Part shown: positions 38,085 through 49,194 of the stretch, piece after piece
Layout of the letters: each line of letters begins with the position of its first letter
Numbering within the stretch: the first letter of the stretch is position 1
From: Bacteroidia bacterium
GTDB taxonomy: Bacteria > Bacteroidota > Bacteroidia > AKYH767-A > JBBKVM01
Direction of reading: 5' to 3'
DNA length: 64,000 nucleotides
NCBI GenBank assembly: GCA_037968415.1
Contig: JBBKVM010000136.1
Location: forward strand, 4,886-68,885
Notes under the pieces: generated by a model
The model's input: only the letters and a program-made list of their open reading frames with translations
The model's database searches: none
What the model was told of the DNA's origin: nothing
Program-made: the position numbers and the translations under genes

Positions 38085-39113
38085 CTAGTCAAACAAAGTG
38101 TTGGATCCGTGGGTTTTCTTTTTTCCCAAATGTGCGTAGGCCCTATCTGTCACTTCTCTGCCACGCGGGGTACGCATAATAAATCCTTGCTGAATGAGAA
38201 AGGGTTCGTACACTTCTTCAATAGTGCCGGCTTCTTCGCTCACTGCGGTGGCAATGGTGTTGAGACCCACAGGGCCACCTTTAAACTTATCGATGATGGT
38301 GGTAAGAATACGCACATCCATTTCATCAAGGCCACGTTCATCCACATTGAGCGCTGAAAGAGAAGATCTTGAAATGTCCATATCTATATTGCCATTGCCT
38401 TTTACCTGCGCGAAGTCTCGCACACGCCTTAGCAGCGCATTGGCAATACGCGGGGTGCCGCGGCTCCGGCTGGCTATTTCAAATGAGGCGTCATCTTCAA
38501 TCTTTATTTTCAAGATATCCGCACTACGGTTTACGATCAATTGCAGGCGTTCGGTATCGTAATATTCTAGTCGCGAGGTGATGCCAAAGCGGGCCCGTAG
38601 TGGTGATGTGAGAAGGCCTGAGCGCGTGGTGGCGCCAATAAGCGTAAATGGGTTTAATTGTATTTGCACTGAGCGCGCGCTGGGTCCTGAGTCAATCATG
38701 ATATCGATACGATAATCTTCCATGGCCGAGTAGAGATACTCCTCTATTACCGGACTAAGGCGGTGAATCTCGTCAATGAACAGCACATCATTTGGCTCCA
38801 GATTAGTGAGGAGACCGGCTAGATCACCGGGCTTTTCAAGCACCGGGCCCGAAGTTAGTTTCATGGACACTCCCAACTCGTTGGTGATGATACTGGCCAG
38901 TGTGGTTTTACCTAGTCCGGGCGGGCCATGCAACAATACGTGATCAAGTGCTTCACCTCGCTGCTTAGCAGCAGTAACGAATATGCGCAGATTTTCTACT
39001 GTTTTTTGTTGACCCGTAAAATCTTCGAAAGCGACCGGGCGAAGTGCCCTGTCTATTTCTTTTTCTTCTGGCGAAAACGATTCGCCTGTGGCATCAAGTA
39101 AAGGATTGACCAT
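38085..39113 (-). CDS. ruvB: Holliday junction ATP-dependent helicase RuvB
   Basis: Walker [14 protein letters not shown], sensor motifs, C-terminal winged helix. Start moved from the track's TTG (39158) to ATG 39113 (MVNPLL..). Confidence 0.9.
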   Translation of the reverse strand: MVNPLLDATGESFSPEEKEIDRALRPVAFEDFTGQQKTVENLRIFVTAAKQRGEALDHVLLHGPPGLGKTTLASIITNELGVSMKLTSGPVLEKPGDLAGLLTNLEPNDVLFIDEIHRLSPVIEEYLYSAMEDYRIDIMIDSGPSARSVQIQLNPFTLIGATTRSGLLTSPLRARFGITSRLEYYDTERLQLIVNRSADILKIKIEDDASFEIASRSRGTPRIANALLRRVRDFAQVKGNGNIDMDISRSSLSALNVDERGLDEMDVRILTTIIDKFKGGPVGLNTIATAVSEEAGTIEEVYEPFLIQQGFIMRTPRGREVTDRAYAHLGKKKTHGSNTLFD

Positions 39114-39177
39114 GGATTGAGAATGTGCTTGGTGCAAACAAAAATAACAAAAAACCAAACAGGCTTGTGCCGCCCTT

Positions 39178-39214
39178 AAACACTTCAGGCCTGCAATGCA
39201 GGCCTGAAGTGTTT
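39178..39214 (-). terminator. Long palindromic hairpin downstream of the cytochrome oxidase subunit I gene
   Basis: AAACACTTCAGGCCTGCA-a-TGCAGGCCTGAAGTGTTT, a near-perfect 18-bp inverted repeat containing AGGCCT. T-rich on the plus side. Confidence 0.5.
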
Positions 39215-39228
39215 TTATTTATATCCGA

Positions 39229-41043
39229 TTACTGATGATGTTTATCTTCTTCGGTATTCGATTCCGGTGTGTCAGTATAAGGCACTGTTTGTGGAATAAA
39301 ATCATCGGGGGCTCCGGGCTTGCTATAGTCGTAAGGCCAACGGTATACGGTAGGTATTTCGCCAGGCCAGTTGCCATGGATATGCTCCACCGGTGTGGTC
39401 CATTCAATGGTATTCGATTTCCATGGATTTTGTGTGGCAACTTTACCACGATACATGCTATAGAAGAAATTGTAAATGAAGATAAGTGAAGCAACACCTC
39501 CCAGTATGGCAAACACACTGATCAATGCATTGATGTTTACCATCTCTTCAAAACCGGCATAAGCTGTGTTGGCATAGTATCTACGCGGTACACCACCCAA
39601 TCCAATGAAGTGCATAGGGAAAAACACTCCGTATACAGATATGATGGTGAGCCAGAAGTGCCAGTAACCCAGCGTCTTGTTCATCATGTGCCCAAACATT
39701 TTCGGGAACCAGTGATAGACACCTGCAAACATTCCGAAAATTGCAGAGCTACCCATTACGATGTGAAAGTGTGCCACCACAAAATAAGTATCGTGCAGAT
39801 TGATATCGAGTGCTGAGTCAGCAAGAATGATTCCTGTTAAACCACCGGATATAAAAAACGAAACCACACCAATGGCAAACATGACAGCCGGGGAGAATAC
39901 GATGTTTCCTTTCCATAGTGTGGCAAGCCAGTTGAATACTTTTACTGCAGACGGTATGGCAATAAGCAGTGTTGTAAATACAAACACCGAACCCAGGAAT
40001 GGATTCATACCTGTGATAAACATGTGGTGACCCCAAACAATAAAGGAGAGGAAACCAATTACCAATATAGAACCAATCATCGCTTTGTAACCAAAAATGG
40101 GTTTGCGCGACATGGTAGAAATTACTTCGGATGTAAGTCCCAGTGCGGGCAATATCACGATGTATACTTCTGGGTGACCAAGGAACCAAAACAAGTGCTG
40201 GAACAAAATGGGGCTACCTCCAGTGTGCTCGATGGCAAGTCCGTTGATGAATATGTCGGAGAGATAAAAGCTGGTGCCAAAACTACGATCAAATAACAAG
40301 AGCAACGCAGCGGCAAATAAAACAGGGAATGATAACACACCCAAAATAGCAGTTACAAAGAAAGCCCAAATCGTCAACGGCAATCGTGTCATTGACATGC
40401 CTTTTGTGCGCAAGTTGATAACGGTAGCAATGTAATTGATACCTCCCAAAAGAGAAGATGCAATGAACAACACCATACTCACTAGCCACAGAGTCATACC
40501 CAATCCTGAGCCTGGAATAGCTTGAGGCAATGCACTTAGTGGGGGATATATAGTCCATCCGCCAGATGCAGGGCCTGCTTCTACAAACAGCGAAGCAAGC
40601 ATCACAGTAGTACTGGCTGCGAAGAACCAAAACGAAAGCATGTTCAGAAATCCTGATGCCATATCGCGCGCGCCTACTTGCAAAGGAATAAGTAAGTTGG
40701 AAAACGTTCCGCTAAGACCACCTGTAAGTACAAAGAAAACCATAATGGTACCGTGAATGGTAACCAAAGCAAGATAAAATGATGGATCCAGCACACCGTC
40801 TTTTCCCCATTTGCCCAGCAAAGTTTCCATGATAGGGAACTTCACATCAGGCCATCCCAATTGCAGGCGGAATAACACAGACATTCCCATGGCAAGTAGT
40901 GCCATAAATATCGCGGTAACCAAAAACTGCTTGGAGATCATTTTGTGATCCGTACTGAAAATGTACTTGCTTATAAAACTCTGCTCATGATGATCGTGGT
41001 GGTCATTGTGATCAGCGTGGGCATCGTGCTCGGCATTATGCAT
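39229..41043 (-). CDS. ctaD: Cytochrome c oxidase subunit I (heme-copper oxidase), with His-rich N-terminal tail
   Basis: 604 aa with 12 or more TM helices. Conserved WFFGHPEVY and HH pairs. N-terminus MHNAEHDAHADHNDHHDHHEQ. Confidence 0.9.
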   Translation of the reverse strand: MHNAEHDAHADHNDHHDHHEQSFISKYIFSTDHKMISKQFLVTAIFMALLAMGMSVLFRLQLGWPDVKFPIMETLLGKWGKDGVLDPSFYLALVTIHGTIMVFFVLTGGLSGTFSNLLIPLQVGARDMASGFLNMLSFWFFAASTTVMLASLFVEAGPASGGWTIYPPLSALPQAIPGSGLGMTLWLVSMVLFIASSLLGGINYIATVINLRTKGMSMTRLPLTIWAFFVTAILGVLSFPVLFAAALLLLFDRSFGTSFYLSDIFINGLAIEHTGGSPILFQHLFWFLGHPEVYIVILPALGLTSEVISTMSRKPIFGYKAMIGSILVIGFLSFIVWGHHMFITGMNPFLGSVFVFTTLLIAIPSAVKVFNWLATLWKGNIVFSPAVMFAIGVVSFFISGGLTGIILADSALDINLHDTYFVVAHFHIVMGSSAIFGMFAGVYHWFPKMFGHMMNKTLGYWHFWLTIISVYGVFFPMHFIGLGGVPRRYYANTAYAGFEEMVNINALISVFAILGGVASLIFIYNFFYSMYRGKVATQNPWKSNTIEWTTPVEHIHGNWPGEIPTVYRWPYDYSKPGAPDDFIPQTVPYTDTPESNTEEDKHHQ

Positions 41044-41073
41044 TGATGTATCGTTTTTAAATCCTAGTTAAAA

Positions 41074-42294
41074 CTAATTCATTGATATCTGTGCAGGCGC
41101 AGAGATACTATCGGTAGGTGCAGCGGCTGGTGCAGCAGGTGCTTCCTCTATTGCAAACACGGCTTTCTGCTCACTCAACCATTTCTTATATGCTGGCGCT
41201 TCTTCAATGTACACGTCCATCTTCATGTTGAAGTGTGCGGTACCGCATATCTTGTTGCACAACAAAACGTAATCAAATTCTTTCTTGTTCATGATCTCGC
41301 GCATTCGCTCAGAAGTGATGGTGGGCTTGAAACCAAACTGAGTAACCATACCCGGCACACAGTTCATCTGTACCCTAAAGTGAGGCAGATAGGCACTGTG
41401 AATCACATCCTGCGAACGAAATTTCATCATTACATTTTCGTTCACCGGCAGGCGCAACTCGTTAGTGACAATGTCATCTTCGCCATTGTTTTCGAACTTG
41501 TCATACTGCAATCTGTCCTTGATAGCGTACAATCTACCCAGGTGACTTTGCAGCGTTTTTAATCTTTTCGAGAGGTCGTTCAATTGTACTACCTCATCAT
41601 TGTATGTGTTGTCTAGTTCTATTTTGGTCTCTGCTATCTGCGTTTCAATTTCCTCAATCTTTGCTTTTACAGATGCGGGTGTTACAATTCCTGTGGTGTT
41701 GGTGCCGGAAATAAGATTGTAATTTGCTTCACCCAATTTACCATCAGGGCCGGGGTAACGCACCTGCCAATTAAATTGACGGCCATAAACTTCTATTGTA
41801 GTTACACCTTCAGAAGGTGCATTTATTACTGCATTCCACTGCTGCAATCCATAAATGATAATTCCGCTCAACACAATTGCAGGTACTACAGTCCAAATAA
41901 ATTCCAGCTTGTTGTTTTCAGGGTAGTAAAGAGCTTTGGAGTCTTTTTTGTGACTGTATTTATACGCAAACCAAAACAACAATATTTCAGTGATGAAGAA
42001 TACAATTCCAATGATGATGAGGTTGACGTTCATCAGTTTATCAAGGCCTACGCCATGTTCCGAAGCGGAAACAGGAAGCAAATAACGACTGTAACGCAAA
42101 GTCATATACACCATGAGACCGAGGCCTAAAACCATAAACACAAGCATAAAGAAACCATTCAGCTTGTTATCGGCTTCTGTTATTTTAGAATCGTCACGAC
42201 CACTGATCTCAGACGATAATTCTGAAATTCTTACGATGTGTGCCAATGCGACTACCGCAAGTATTATAACCAGAACAATGAGGAAGTTTATCAT
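41074..42294 (-). CDS. ctaC: Cytochrome c oxidase subunit II (CuA), extended form
   Basis: 406 aa. N-terminal TM helices. CuA ligands H..CNKICGTAHFNM. Confidence 0.8.
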   Translation of the reverse strand: MINFLIVLVIILAVVALAHIVRISELSSEISGRDDSKITEADNKLNGFFMLVFMVLGLGLMVYMTLRYSRYLLPVSASEHGVGLDKLMNVNLIIIGIVFFITEILLFWFAYKYSHKKDSKALYYPENNKLEFIWTVVPAIVLSGIIIYGLQQWNAVINAPSEGVTTIEVYGRQFNWQVRYPGPDGKLGEANYNLISGTNTTGIVTPASVKAKIEEIETQIAETKIELDNTYNDEVVQLNDLSKRLKTLQSHLGRLYAIKDRLQYDKFENNGEDDIVTNELRLPVNENVMMKFRSQDVIHSAYLPHFRVQMNCVPGMVTQFGFKPTITSERMREIMNKKEFDYVLLCNKICGTAHFNMKMDVYIEEAPAYKKWLSEQKAVFAIEEAPAAPAAAPTDSISAPAQISMN

Positions 42295-42333
42295 TTGATA
42301 TTCAAATTATTTCTTAAAATCTTCTTTACTCAA

Positions 42334-43524
42334 CTATATATGGTGATGCACGCTTTCTACCAACATGGGGTGATTGGCTGGCTCCAGTGGCGCCTTGGCC
42401 AACGAACTAAAGAACACATACATGAACAAGCCTATAAAGCCAAGCGTAGTTCCTACCTCTATAAAACCTATGTGCCAGTGTGCACCCACAACGCCAGGCA
42501 TTACTATTAAAAATAAATCTACCCAATGGCCGCCTATCAATACCAAACACACGACCATAAGCCATTTATAATTTCTTTTTGAAGGTCGTGACATCAACAT
42601 TAACAATGGGAACATAAAATTGACAACCAAATTGGCTGCAAACAAAAATTTGTAGTGCTCTATTCGTTGAACAAAGTAAATTACCTCTTCGGGTATGTTG
42701 GCATACCAAATGAGCATAAACTGAGAGAACCACAAGTACGTCCAGAATACACTGAATGCAAACACAAACTTACCAAGGTCATGAATGTGGTTGGCATTTA
42801 CACGTGGCATGTAACCATTGTCCTTAAGATATAAAACCGCGATAGTAGTAACTACCAATCCGCTGATGAACATTCCGCTAAAAGTGTACCAGCCAAACAA
42901 CGTGCTAAACCAGTGTGTTTCTATAGACATCAGAAAATCCCATGCAGATGTAGATGAGGTGATTGCAAACAACACCAAAAAAACGGCTGACAACGTCACC
43001 GACTTGTTGTAATGCTTCAGGCCACCATTCAAATCTTCGCGCAATGATTCGCGTCTCAGCATCCAGGTAAATCCTGACCAGATCACAAAGTACAGTATCA
43101 TACGAACAATGAAGAAAGGCGTATTTAAAAATGCTTTCTTTCCATTTATGATAGGGTCAAACTCGGGATTGGGCGTGCCATCGGCCAACAAAGGCTCGTA
43201 TAAAGTGTGGTGTGTCCAGTGATAAATATCATGGCCACCAAATATGAATATCAACAACATGAAAATACCCGCAAACGGTAAATATTGTCCCATGGCTTCG
43301 GGCACACGTTTAATGAGTACAGGCCATCCTGATTGTGCTGCATAGTTGATAGCCACTATAAATGTGCCTGCCAGTGCAATGGCCATCAGATAGAAATTGC
43401 CTATCAACAGACTGGCCCAAATGCGTTTTACATCCGTCATAAATCCGAATACAACGGCTGCCAGACCTATCACCATCAATGCGATGGCCAGTGTTTTGTT
43501 GTTCTTGGTAAATACGTAATTCAT
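42334..43524 (-). CDS. actF: Alternative complex III subunit ActF (NrfD-like membrane subunit)
   Basis: 396 aa polytopic membrane protein. It is the last gene of an actABCDEF-ordered block that directly precedes coxII/coxI. Confidence 0.65.
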   Translation of the reverse strand: MNYVFTKNNKTLAIALMVIGLAAVVFGFMTDVKRIWASLLIGNFYLMAIALAGTFIVAINYAAQSGWPVLIKRVPEAMGQYLPFAGIFMLLIFIFGGHDIYHWTHHTLYEPLLADGTPNPEFDPIINGKKAFLNTPFFIVRMILYFVIWSGFTWMLRRESLREDLNGGLKHYNKSVTLSAVFLVLFAITSSTSAWDFLMSIETHWFSTLFGWYTFSGMFISGLVVTTIAVLYLKDNGYMPRVNANHIHDLGKFVFAFSVFWTYLWFSQFMLIWYANIPEEVIYFVQRIEHYKFLFAANLVVNFMFPLLMLMSRPSKRNYKWLMVVCLVLIGGHWVDLFLIVMPGVVGAHWHIGFIEVGTTLGFIGLFMYVFFSSLAKAPLEPANHPMLVESVHHHI

Positions 43525-43555
43525 CGTTTTGCCTTTTATCTCCGGACTGTTTTTA

Positions 43556-44191
43556 TTACTCGGCCGCTGCTGTTGGCGCTGCCTGATTATTCAACTGATC
43601 TATTAATTGTAATTTCTGAACATACAGAATTACTTTCCACCTTTCGGCCGAATTGAGTTGTGATGCATGCGAGCCCATCAGGTTTTTCCCATAGGTGATG
43701 GTCCAATACATTTTACCCTCAACCAAATCCTTCAGCTGGCCTGAATAAGATGGCGGTGGCGGAAATTTTTCGTTCTTAATGATTGTGCCATCGCCCTTAC
43801 CTTCTTTGCCATGGCATTGCATACAGAATACTCCATACAGCCTTTCACCTTCTATCAAATTTTCCTCCGTGCGTGCCAAAGGACTCTTCAACTCTGTTCC
43901 TGCCGCTTCGTATCCTTCATTTGTGTTTGGGTATCCAAAGGGCATAAATCCGCGAGGAATGGTTCCTTTTACAGGTTGCCTGGCTGTCATGCCATCTTCA
44001 AAATTGGGGTTGGCAGAATAGGTTTCGTATGAAGGTGAGCGATACATGTCGGGCATAAATTCGTAGCCCGGATCTTTCTTGTCATGCGAACAGGAATGCA
44101 ACACCATAATGATGGCCGCAACCAGCAAGCTCACCGGCAATTTCCCCTTCATCAGGTTTTTCATTTGATTATTTTTTATGCGTGTCATCAA
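43556..44191 (-). CDS. actE: ACIII monoheme cytochrome c subunit ActE (lipoprotein)
   Basis: 211 aa. Lipobox LHSC. Single CMQCH heme-binding site. Confidence 0.7.
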   Translation of the reverse strand: MMTRIKNNQMKNLMKGKLPVSLLVAAIIMVLHSCSHDKKDPGYEFMPDMYRSPSYETYSANPNFEDGMTARQPVKGTIPRGFMPFGYPNTNEGYEAAGTELKSPLARTEENLIEGERLYGVFCMQCHGKEGKGDGTIIKNEKFPPPPSYSGQLKDLVEGKMYWTITYGKNLMGSHASQLNSAERWKVILYVQKLQLIDQLNNQAAPTAAAE

Positions 44192-44206
44192 GTTCTTTTT
44201 TATGCT

Positions 44207-44725
44207 TTACGCTAAAACTTCTTCAGCTCCGTGAAGCTTCATAATTTGCGCTGCCTGCTCGTGCGAATCGGATTGGTTCATTTCAACTTCTATTACCAAT
44301 TTGTCGTCAGTTACACGTGGGTGCGACACATAAGCAGTAGCGCCAGGTAATATTTTACTCACTAGCAGGAACGTGATCACCATACCATGTGCAGCAAATA
44401 GTACCGTGATCTCGAATGTGATTGGAATAAATGCCGGAAGATTCTGAAGCAATGTGAAGTTAGGTTTACCACCTATGTTCATTGGCCAGTCGCTCACCAT
44501 CATAAACCACATCATCAACAGCGCCATGCTTGTACCTGTGGCTCCATAAATAAATGCGGCAATGGAAAGGCGCGTAGGTTTTATGCCCAGCAGTTTATCG
44601 ATACCATGTATCGGAAACGGGCTGTATACGTTGCGTATGGTAATGCCTTTTTCGTTCAGTTCCTGAACGGCTTCTTTCAGCATATCGCCATCGGCAAAAA
44701 CTCCTTTTATAACTTTTTTATCCAT
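44207..44725 (-). CDS. actD: ACIII subunit ActD (DUF3341)
   Basis: 172 aa with two TM helices. Overlaps actC by 8 nt. Confidence 0.65.
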   Translation of the reverse strand: MDKKVIKGVFADGDMLKEAVQELNEKGITIRNVYSPFPIHGIDKLLGIKPTRLSIAAFIYGATGTSMALLMMWFMMVSDWPMNIGGKPNFTLLQNLPAFIPITFEITVLFAAHGMVITFLLVSKILPGATAYVSHPRVTDDKLVIEVEMNQSDSHEQAAQIMKLHGAEEVLA

Positions 44726-46088
44726 GATGCTCTTTCTTTGGCGCAGATGTAGGCTTCAAAATAGTTTTCAACTCACTCAGCGCGATCACAGGGAACACGC
44801 GTGCAAACAACAGGAACAAAGTAAAGAACAACCCTATGGTGCCCAGATATATACCTATCTCCACCCATGTTGGTGAATACATTGTCCAACTTGAAGGTAG
44901 GTAGTCGCGGTGAAGTGAAGTAACAATGATTACGAAACGCTCAAACCACATCCCGATATTTACAAATATTGAAATAATGAATGTGGCGGTGAGGCTTGTG
45001 CGGATTTTCTTAAACCAAAACAACTGAGGGGTTATCACGTTGCACGTCATCATAGCCCAATATGCCCAGAAGTAGGGGCCAAATGCCCGATTGATAAATG
45101 CGTATTGCTCGTATTTTACTTGGGAGTACCACGCCATAAAGAATTCGGTGATATACGCTATACCTACAATAGATCCAGTGAGGATGATAATCTTGTTCAT
45201 CAACTCCACGTGCTGTACGGTGATGTAATCTTCAAGATTCAACACCTTACGAGCGATAAGCATGAGCGTGAGCACCATGGCAAAGCCCGAGAAGATTGCA
45301 CCAGCAACAAAATACGGAGGGAAGATGGTAGTGTGCCAACCGGGAACCAGCGAAGTGGCAAAGTCCATACTTACGATTGTGTGAACCGAAAGTACAAGCG
45401 GTGTTGACAAACCAGCAAGAATCAACGATACTTCTTCGTATCGTGACCAGTCTTTGGCTGAACCTTTCCAACCGAAACTTAGTATGCTGTAAATCTTTTT
45501 GCGTAGGCCATTGGCGCGGTCGCGGATGGTGGCCAAATCAGGGATTAGACCTAGGTACCAGAAAACAAGTGAAACCGAGAAGTAAGTAGAGATGGCAAAC
45601 ACGTCCCACAACAGTGGCGAGTTAAAGTTTACCCAAAGGCTTCCAAACTGATTTGGTAAAGGCAACACCCAGTAACCAAGCCATGGACGACCCATGTGTA
45701 TAATTGGAAAAAGGCCCGCGCACATTACCGCAAATATCGTCATGGCTTCTGCCGAACGGTTGATAGAGAGACGCCACTTTTGACGGAATAACAACAAGAT
45801 GGCAGAAATCAAAGTACCCGCGTGGCCGATACCGATCCACCATACAAAGTTGGTGATGTCCCACGCCCAGCCCACAGTTTTGTTAAGTCCCCAAGTTCCG
45901 ATACCGGTCCCAATGGTATAAGCAATGGCACCCATACCCCACAGCATAGTGCACACTGATATAATAAAAGCTGCCCACCAGTACTTGTTGGCTTTGCCTT
46001 CTACGGGTCTGCAGATATCTTCAGTGGCCTGATGATAACTCTTGTTCCCGAGTATTAATGGTTCTCTTATAGAAGCTTCGTGTTGCAT
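44718..46088 (-). CDS. actC: ACIII quinol-oxidising membrane subunit ActC (NrfD/PsrC family)
   Basis: 456 aa with ~10 TM helices. NrfD-like. Confidence 0.75.
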   Translation of the reverse strand: MQHEASIREPLILGNKSYHQATEDICRPVEGKANKYWWAAFIISVCTMLWGMGAIAYTIGTGIGTWGLNKTVGWAWDITNFVWWIGIGHAGTLISAILLLFRQKWRLSINRSAEAMTIFAVMCAGLFPIIHMGRPWLGYWVLPLPNQFGSLWVNFNSPLLWDVFAISTYFSVSLVFWYLGLIPDLATIRDRANGLRKKIYSILSFGWKGSAKDWSRYEEVSLILAGLSTPLVLSVHTIVSMDFATSLVPGWHTTIFPPYFVAGAIFSGFAMVLTLMLIARKVLNLEDYITVQHVELMNKIIILTGSIVGIAYITEFFMAWYSQVKYEQYAFINRAFGPYFWAYWAMMTCNVITPQLFWFKKIRTSLTATFIISIFVNIGMWFERFVIIVTSLHRDYLPSSWTMYSPTWVEIGIYLGTIGLFFTLFLLFARVFPVIALSELKTILKPTSAPKKEHHG

Positions 46089-46121
46089 ATTGATACCGGC
46101 TGTGTGCCTTTTATTAATGTA

Positions 46122-49100
46122 TTAGGCTTGGTTCGGATTGATATTTCTGATTTTCGTTTTGTACAGTACGTTGGGGCGCACATCCAACTCTTCGAGCAGT
46201 TGGTATGAGCGCTCGTCAACAGTGCTGGCTGCAAGTTTGCTGTTTTTGTCGTTGTAGTCGCCAAAGGTAATTGCCTTGGTTGGGCATGACTGCGCGCAGG
46301 CTGTGTTGATCTCGCCATCGCGAATCTTGCGCTTCTCTTTCTTGGCGGTGAGTTTGCTGTACTGTATGCGTTGAACACACAATGAACATTTCTCCATCAC
46401 TCCGCGCGATCTCACCACTACATCAGGATTGAGGACCATTTTGCCCAGGTCGTCATTCATATTGTAATCAAACTGATCGTTGTCAGAATATTTAAACCAG
46501 TTGAACCTTCGTACTTTGAATGGGCAGTTATTCGCGCAATAGCGTGTGCCCACGCACCGGTTGTATGCCATTTGGTTCATGCCATCATGACTGTGAGTGG
46601 TGGCGGCCACCGGGCAAACCGTCTCGCACGGAGCGTGGTTGCAGTGCTGGCACATCACCGGCTGGAAAGCCACTTTGGGGTTTTCTGATGCCGTCTCCAT
46701 TCCTTTTAGGTCGTTGGCATCGGCATCGCTGCTGTAATATCTGTCTATGCGCATCCAATGCATTTCACGGCTGCGCATCACTTCGTCTTTTCCTACTACG
46801 GGCACATTGTTTTCGGCTGAACAAGCCACCACACACGATCCACATCCAATGCATGAGTTCAGGTCGATGGACATGCCCCAGTGGTGATTTGGAAATTCAT
46901 GCTCGGCCCACAAAGTCACATCTTTAGGTGCTTTGCCCACCTGCTTGTGGTCTTCCATCACTGGAATGAGCACTGGTGGGTTGCCTGCGCGCGCATCTTG
47001 CTTGTATTCAGCAAGCGTAGATTCTTTGAGTAGCGCTCTGCCCATCATGGTGTGATGGGTCTGAGTTGATGCCAATGCGTAATCAGCATCCAAAGTTTTG
47101 TTTACTTCGGCAGCAGCCATCATTTGGAAAGTGCCGTTGACAAGGCTCACCATGCTGTATGCATTGGCGCCAATGTTGTTGGCCACTTTGCCTGCCATGG
47201 TGCGGCCGTAGCCTACGGCCAGCGCCACTGTGTTCACATGCAAACCTGGTTGAACTACCACGGGGGCTTTTACAGTTTGACCATTGGCTTTCACCTCCAC
47301 CACGTTGCCTTGGCGCAGTCCTTTTTCTTTAGCCATGGCCGGGCTTACGCACAGGTAGTTGTCCCATGTTATTTTGGTAACCGGATCAGGAAGCTCTTGT
47401 AGCCATGGGTTGTTGGCCTGGTTGCCGTTGCCCAATCCTGTCTTTTCGTATATCACCAGCGCTATGCCTTCGCTTTTCTTGTTTCCAACTATAGATGTGA
47501 TGTGGCGCGAAAGGTCACCTTGCAGTGTATAGAAGGTGGCAGGCCTGGCATCCATTTCGATGATGCCGTTTTGTAAGCTCTGATTCCAGAAAGATTCGAA
47601 TGTACCTGCGCCTTGCAGCGTTGGGTATGTGTTGGTGCGCCATTGGTTGCGCATGTAATCGTAGTAGTTAGTGTCGTTACCCGCCCACTTCAACAGGCTC
47701 TCTTGTGCAGCACGTGTTTTAAAAATAGGCGCAATGGTCGGCTGAGTGAGTGTAAGAATACCTGCGCGTGGCATGGCATCGTTCCACGACTCCAGATAAT
47801 GGTGATCAGGACAAATATATTTTGCCATGGAGGCTGTTTCGTCTGCGCGGTCGGCAAAAGAAACAGTGAGTCCAACTTTCTTTATAGCATCTTCAAACTT
47901 CATAGAAGTTGGAAGTGTGTAAGCAGGATTGGTGTTGTACATAATGAGGGCCTTCACCTCTCCACCTTGCATATCGTTTACCAATTGAGTCATCTCCGCG
48001 TCTCTACCCTGGCGGATGTATGAAGGATTATCGAGATCAATAGTGTTACCGTAACTCTCAAGCAACACGTTTATAACATTTGTAAGCACCTGATGTGCAT
48101 GGTCATTGGAACCGCATACCAACAGGGCTTTGCCTTTGGCGGCAGCCAATTCTGCAGCTACTTTATTTACCTCTTCATGCGCGTCAAACGAAGGAGCTGA
48201 AGAGCTACCTCCTAATTTATTATATAGTGCGAGCAAAGTAGCGCCCACATCTCCGGGTGCTATTCTGATGCGCGTATCCGCATTACTTCCGGTAAGGGAA
48301 AGCATGCTTTCTATCTGTATGTGACGCGACATGGTTTTGCTCTCATCCAGCTTACGCTTTTGTGCATATTGGTAGCTATTCTCTATTGGCGAAATCCAGT
48401 TGGTCAAAAAATCGGCTCCTACACTCACCAGCAATTCGGCTTTGTTGAATGCATAAGTGGGCAGCACGGCTTTTCCAAAATTTTCTTCGTTGGCAGTAAT
48501 CATGGCCGAGTGCGAAACCGCATCGTAGGTCACGTGCTTGGTGGTAGGATATTTTGCAACAAATTCAGCTATCACTGCTTTGGTAGATGGGCTGATGATG
48601 GATGAAGAGAGTATTCTCACCTTGCCACCGGCAACTGCAATGTCAGACAGTTCTTTTGTGATCTGTTGGTCTACTTTGGCCCAAGCGGCTTCTTCGCCAT
48701 TGATGGTAGGGGTTTTGAGTCGGCCCGAATCATAGAGGCTGAGTACAGATGCCTGAACGCGTGCGCTAGTGCCGCCTTTGGTGAGCGAACACAAGTCGTT
48801 GCCATCCACTTTGATTGGGCGGCCTTCGCGTGTTTTTACAAGTATGCTGCAAAAGTCGTGACCATCGGCATAGGTAGATGCATAGTAGTTAGGAGTGCCC
48901 GGATTTACTTCTTCGGGGCGAACAACGTAAGGGATTGCCTTTTTCACAGGTGTTTCGCAAGCGGCCAGGGTGGCGGCTGCGATACCAAATCCCATAAATT
49001 TCAAAAAGTCTCTGCGGTTGGTCGAGGTACTGTTCTCGGCCTTGGTAGTAAAGATTTCATCGAGCGGAAGCAATTCAGAAAACTCATTATTCTTGTGCTT

Positions 49101-49157
49101 CACAAACTCAGCGTCATTTCTGAGCTCTTCCAAACCTTTCCAGTATTTCTTTTCCAT
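46122..49157 (-). CDS. actB: ACIII subunit ActB (molybdopterin-oxidoreductase-like domain fused to 4Fe-4S ferredoxin domain)
   Basis: 1011 aa. Tat motif NRRDFLKFMGFGIAAATLAAC. C-terminal Cys clusters CIGCGSCVVAC, CQHCNHAPCETVCP, CVGTRYCANNCP. Confidence 0.85.
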   Translation of the reverse strand: MEKKYWKGLEELRNDAEFVKHKNNEFSELLPLDEIFTTKAENSTSTNRRDFLKFMGFGIAAATLAACETPVKKAIPYVVRPEEVNPGTPNYYASTYADGHDFCSILVKTREGRPIKVDGNDLCSLTKGGTSARVQASVLSLYDSGRLKTPTINGEEAAWAKVDQQITKELSDIAVAGGKVRILSSSIISPSTKAVIAEFVAKYPTTKHVTYDAVSHSAMITANEENFGKAVLPTYAFNKAELLVSVGADFLTNWISPIENSYQYAQKRKLDESKTMSRHIQIESMLSLTGSNADTRIRIAPGDVGATLLALYNKLGGSSSAPSFDAHEEVNKVAAELAAAKGKALLVCGSNDHAHQVLTNVINVLLESYGNTIDLDNPSYIRQGRDAEMTQLVNDMQGGEVKALIMYNTNPAYTLPTSMKFEDAIKKVGLTVSFADRADETASMAKYICPDHHYLESWNDAMPRAGILTLTQPTIAPIFKTRAAQESLLKWAGNDTNYYDYMRNQWRTNTYPTLQGAGTFESFWNQSLQNGIIEMDARPATFYTLQGDLSRHITSIVGNKKSEGIALVIYEKTGLGNGNQANNPWLQELPDPVTKITWDNYLCVSPAMAKEKGLRQGNVVEVKANGQTVKAPVVVQPGLHVNTVALAVGYGRTMAGKVANNIGANAYSMVSLVNGTFQMMAAAEVNKTLDADYALASTQTHHTMMGRALLKESTLAEYKQDARAGNPPVLIPVMEDHKQVGKAPKDVTLWAEHEFPNHHWGMSIDLNSCIGCGSCVVACSAENNVPVVGKDEVMRSREMHWMRIDRYYSSDADANDLKGMETASENPKVAFQPVMCQHCNHAPCETVCPVAATTHSHDGMNQMAYNRCVGTRYCANNCPFKVRRFNWFKYSDNDQFDYNMNDDLGKMVLNPDVVVRSRGVMEKCSLCVQRIQYSKLTAKKEKRKIRDGEINTACAQSCPTKAITFGDYNDKNSKLAASTVDERSYQLLEELDVRPNVLYKTKIRNINPNQA

Positions 49158-49194
49158 TTATCCTATTGTATTATAATATGGTGGATTGTAGTGA

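Noticed and set aside
25351-39158. ruvA and ruvB separated by ~12 kb, as evidence for an inserted genomic island
   Set aside because: There are no integrase, tRNA-flanking or direct-repeat boundaries. The intervening genes include housekeeping maeB, ubiX and queG. ruvA and ruvB are frequently unlinked in Bacteroidota.
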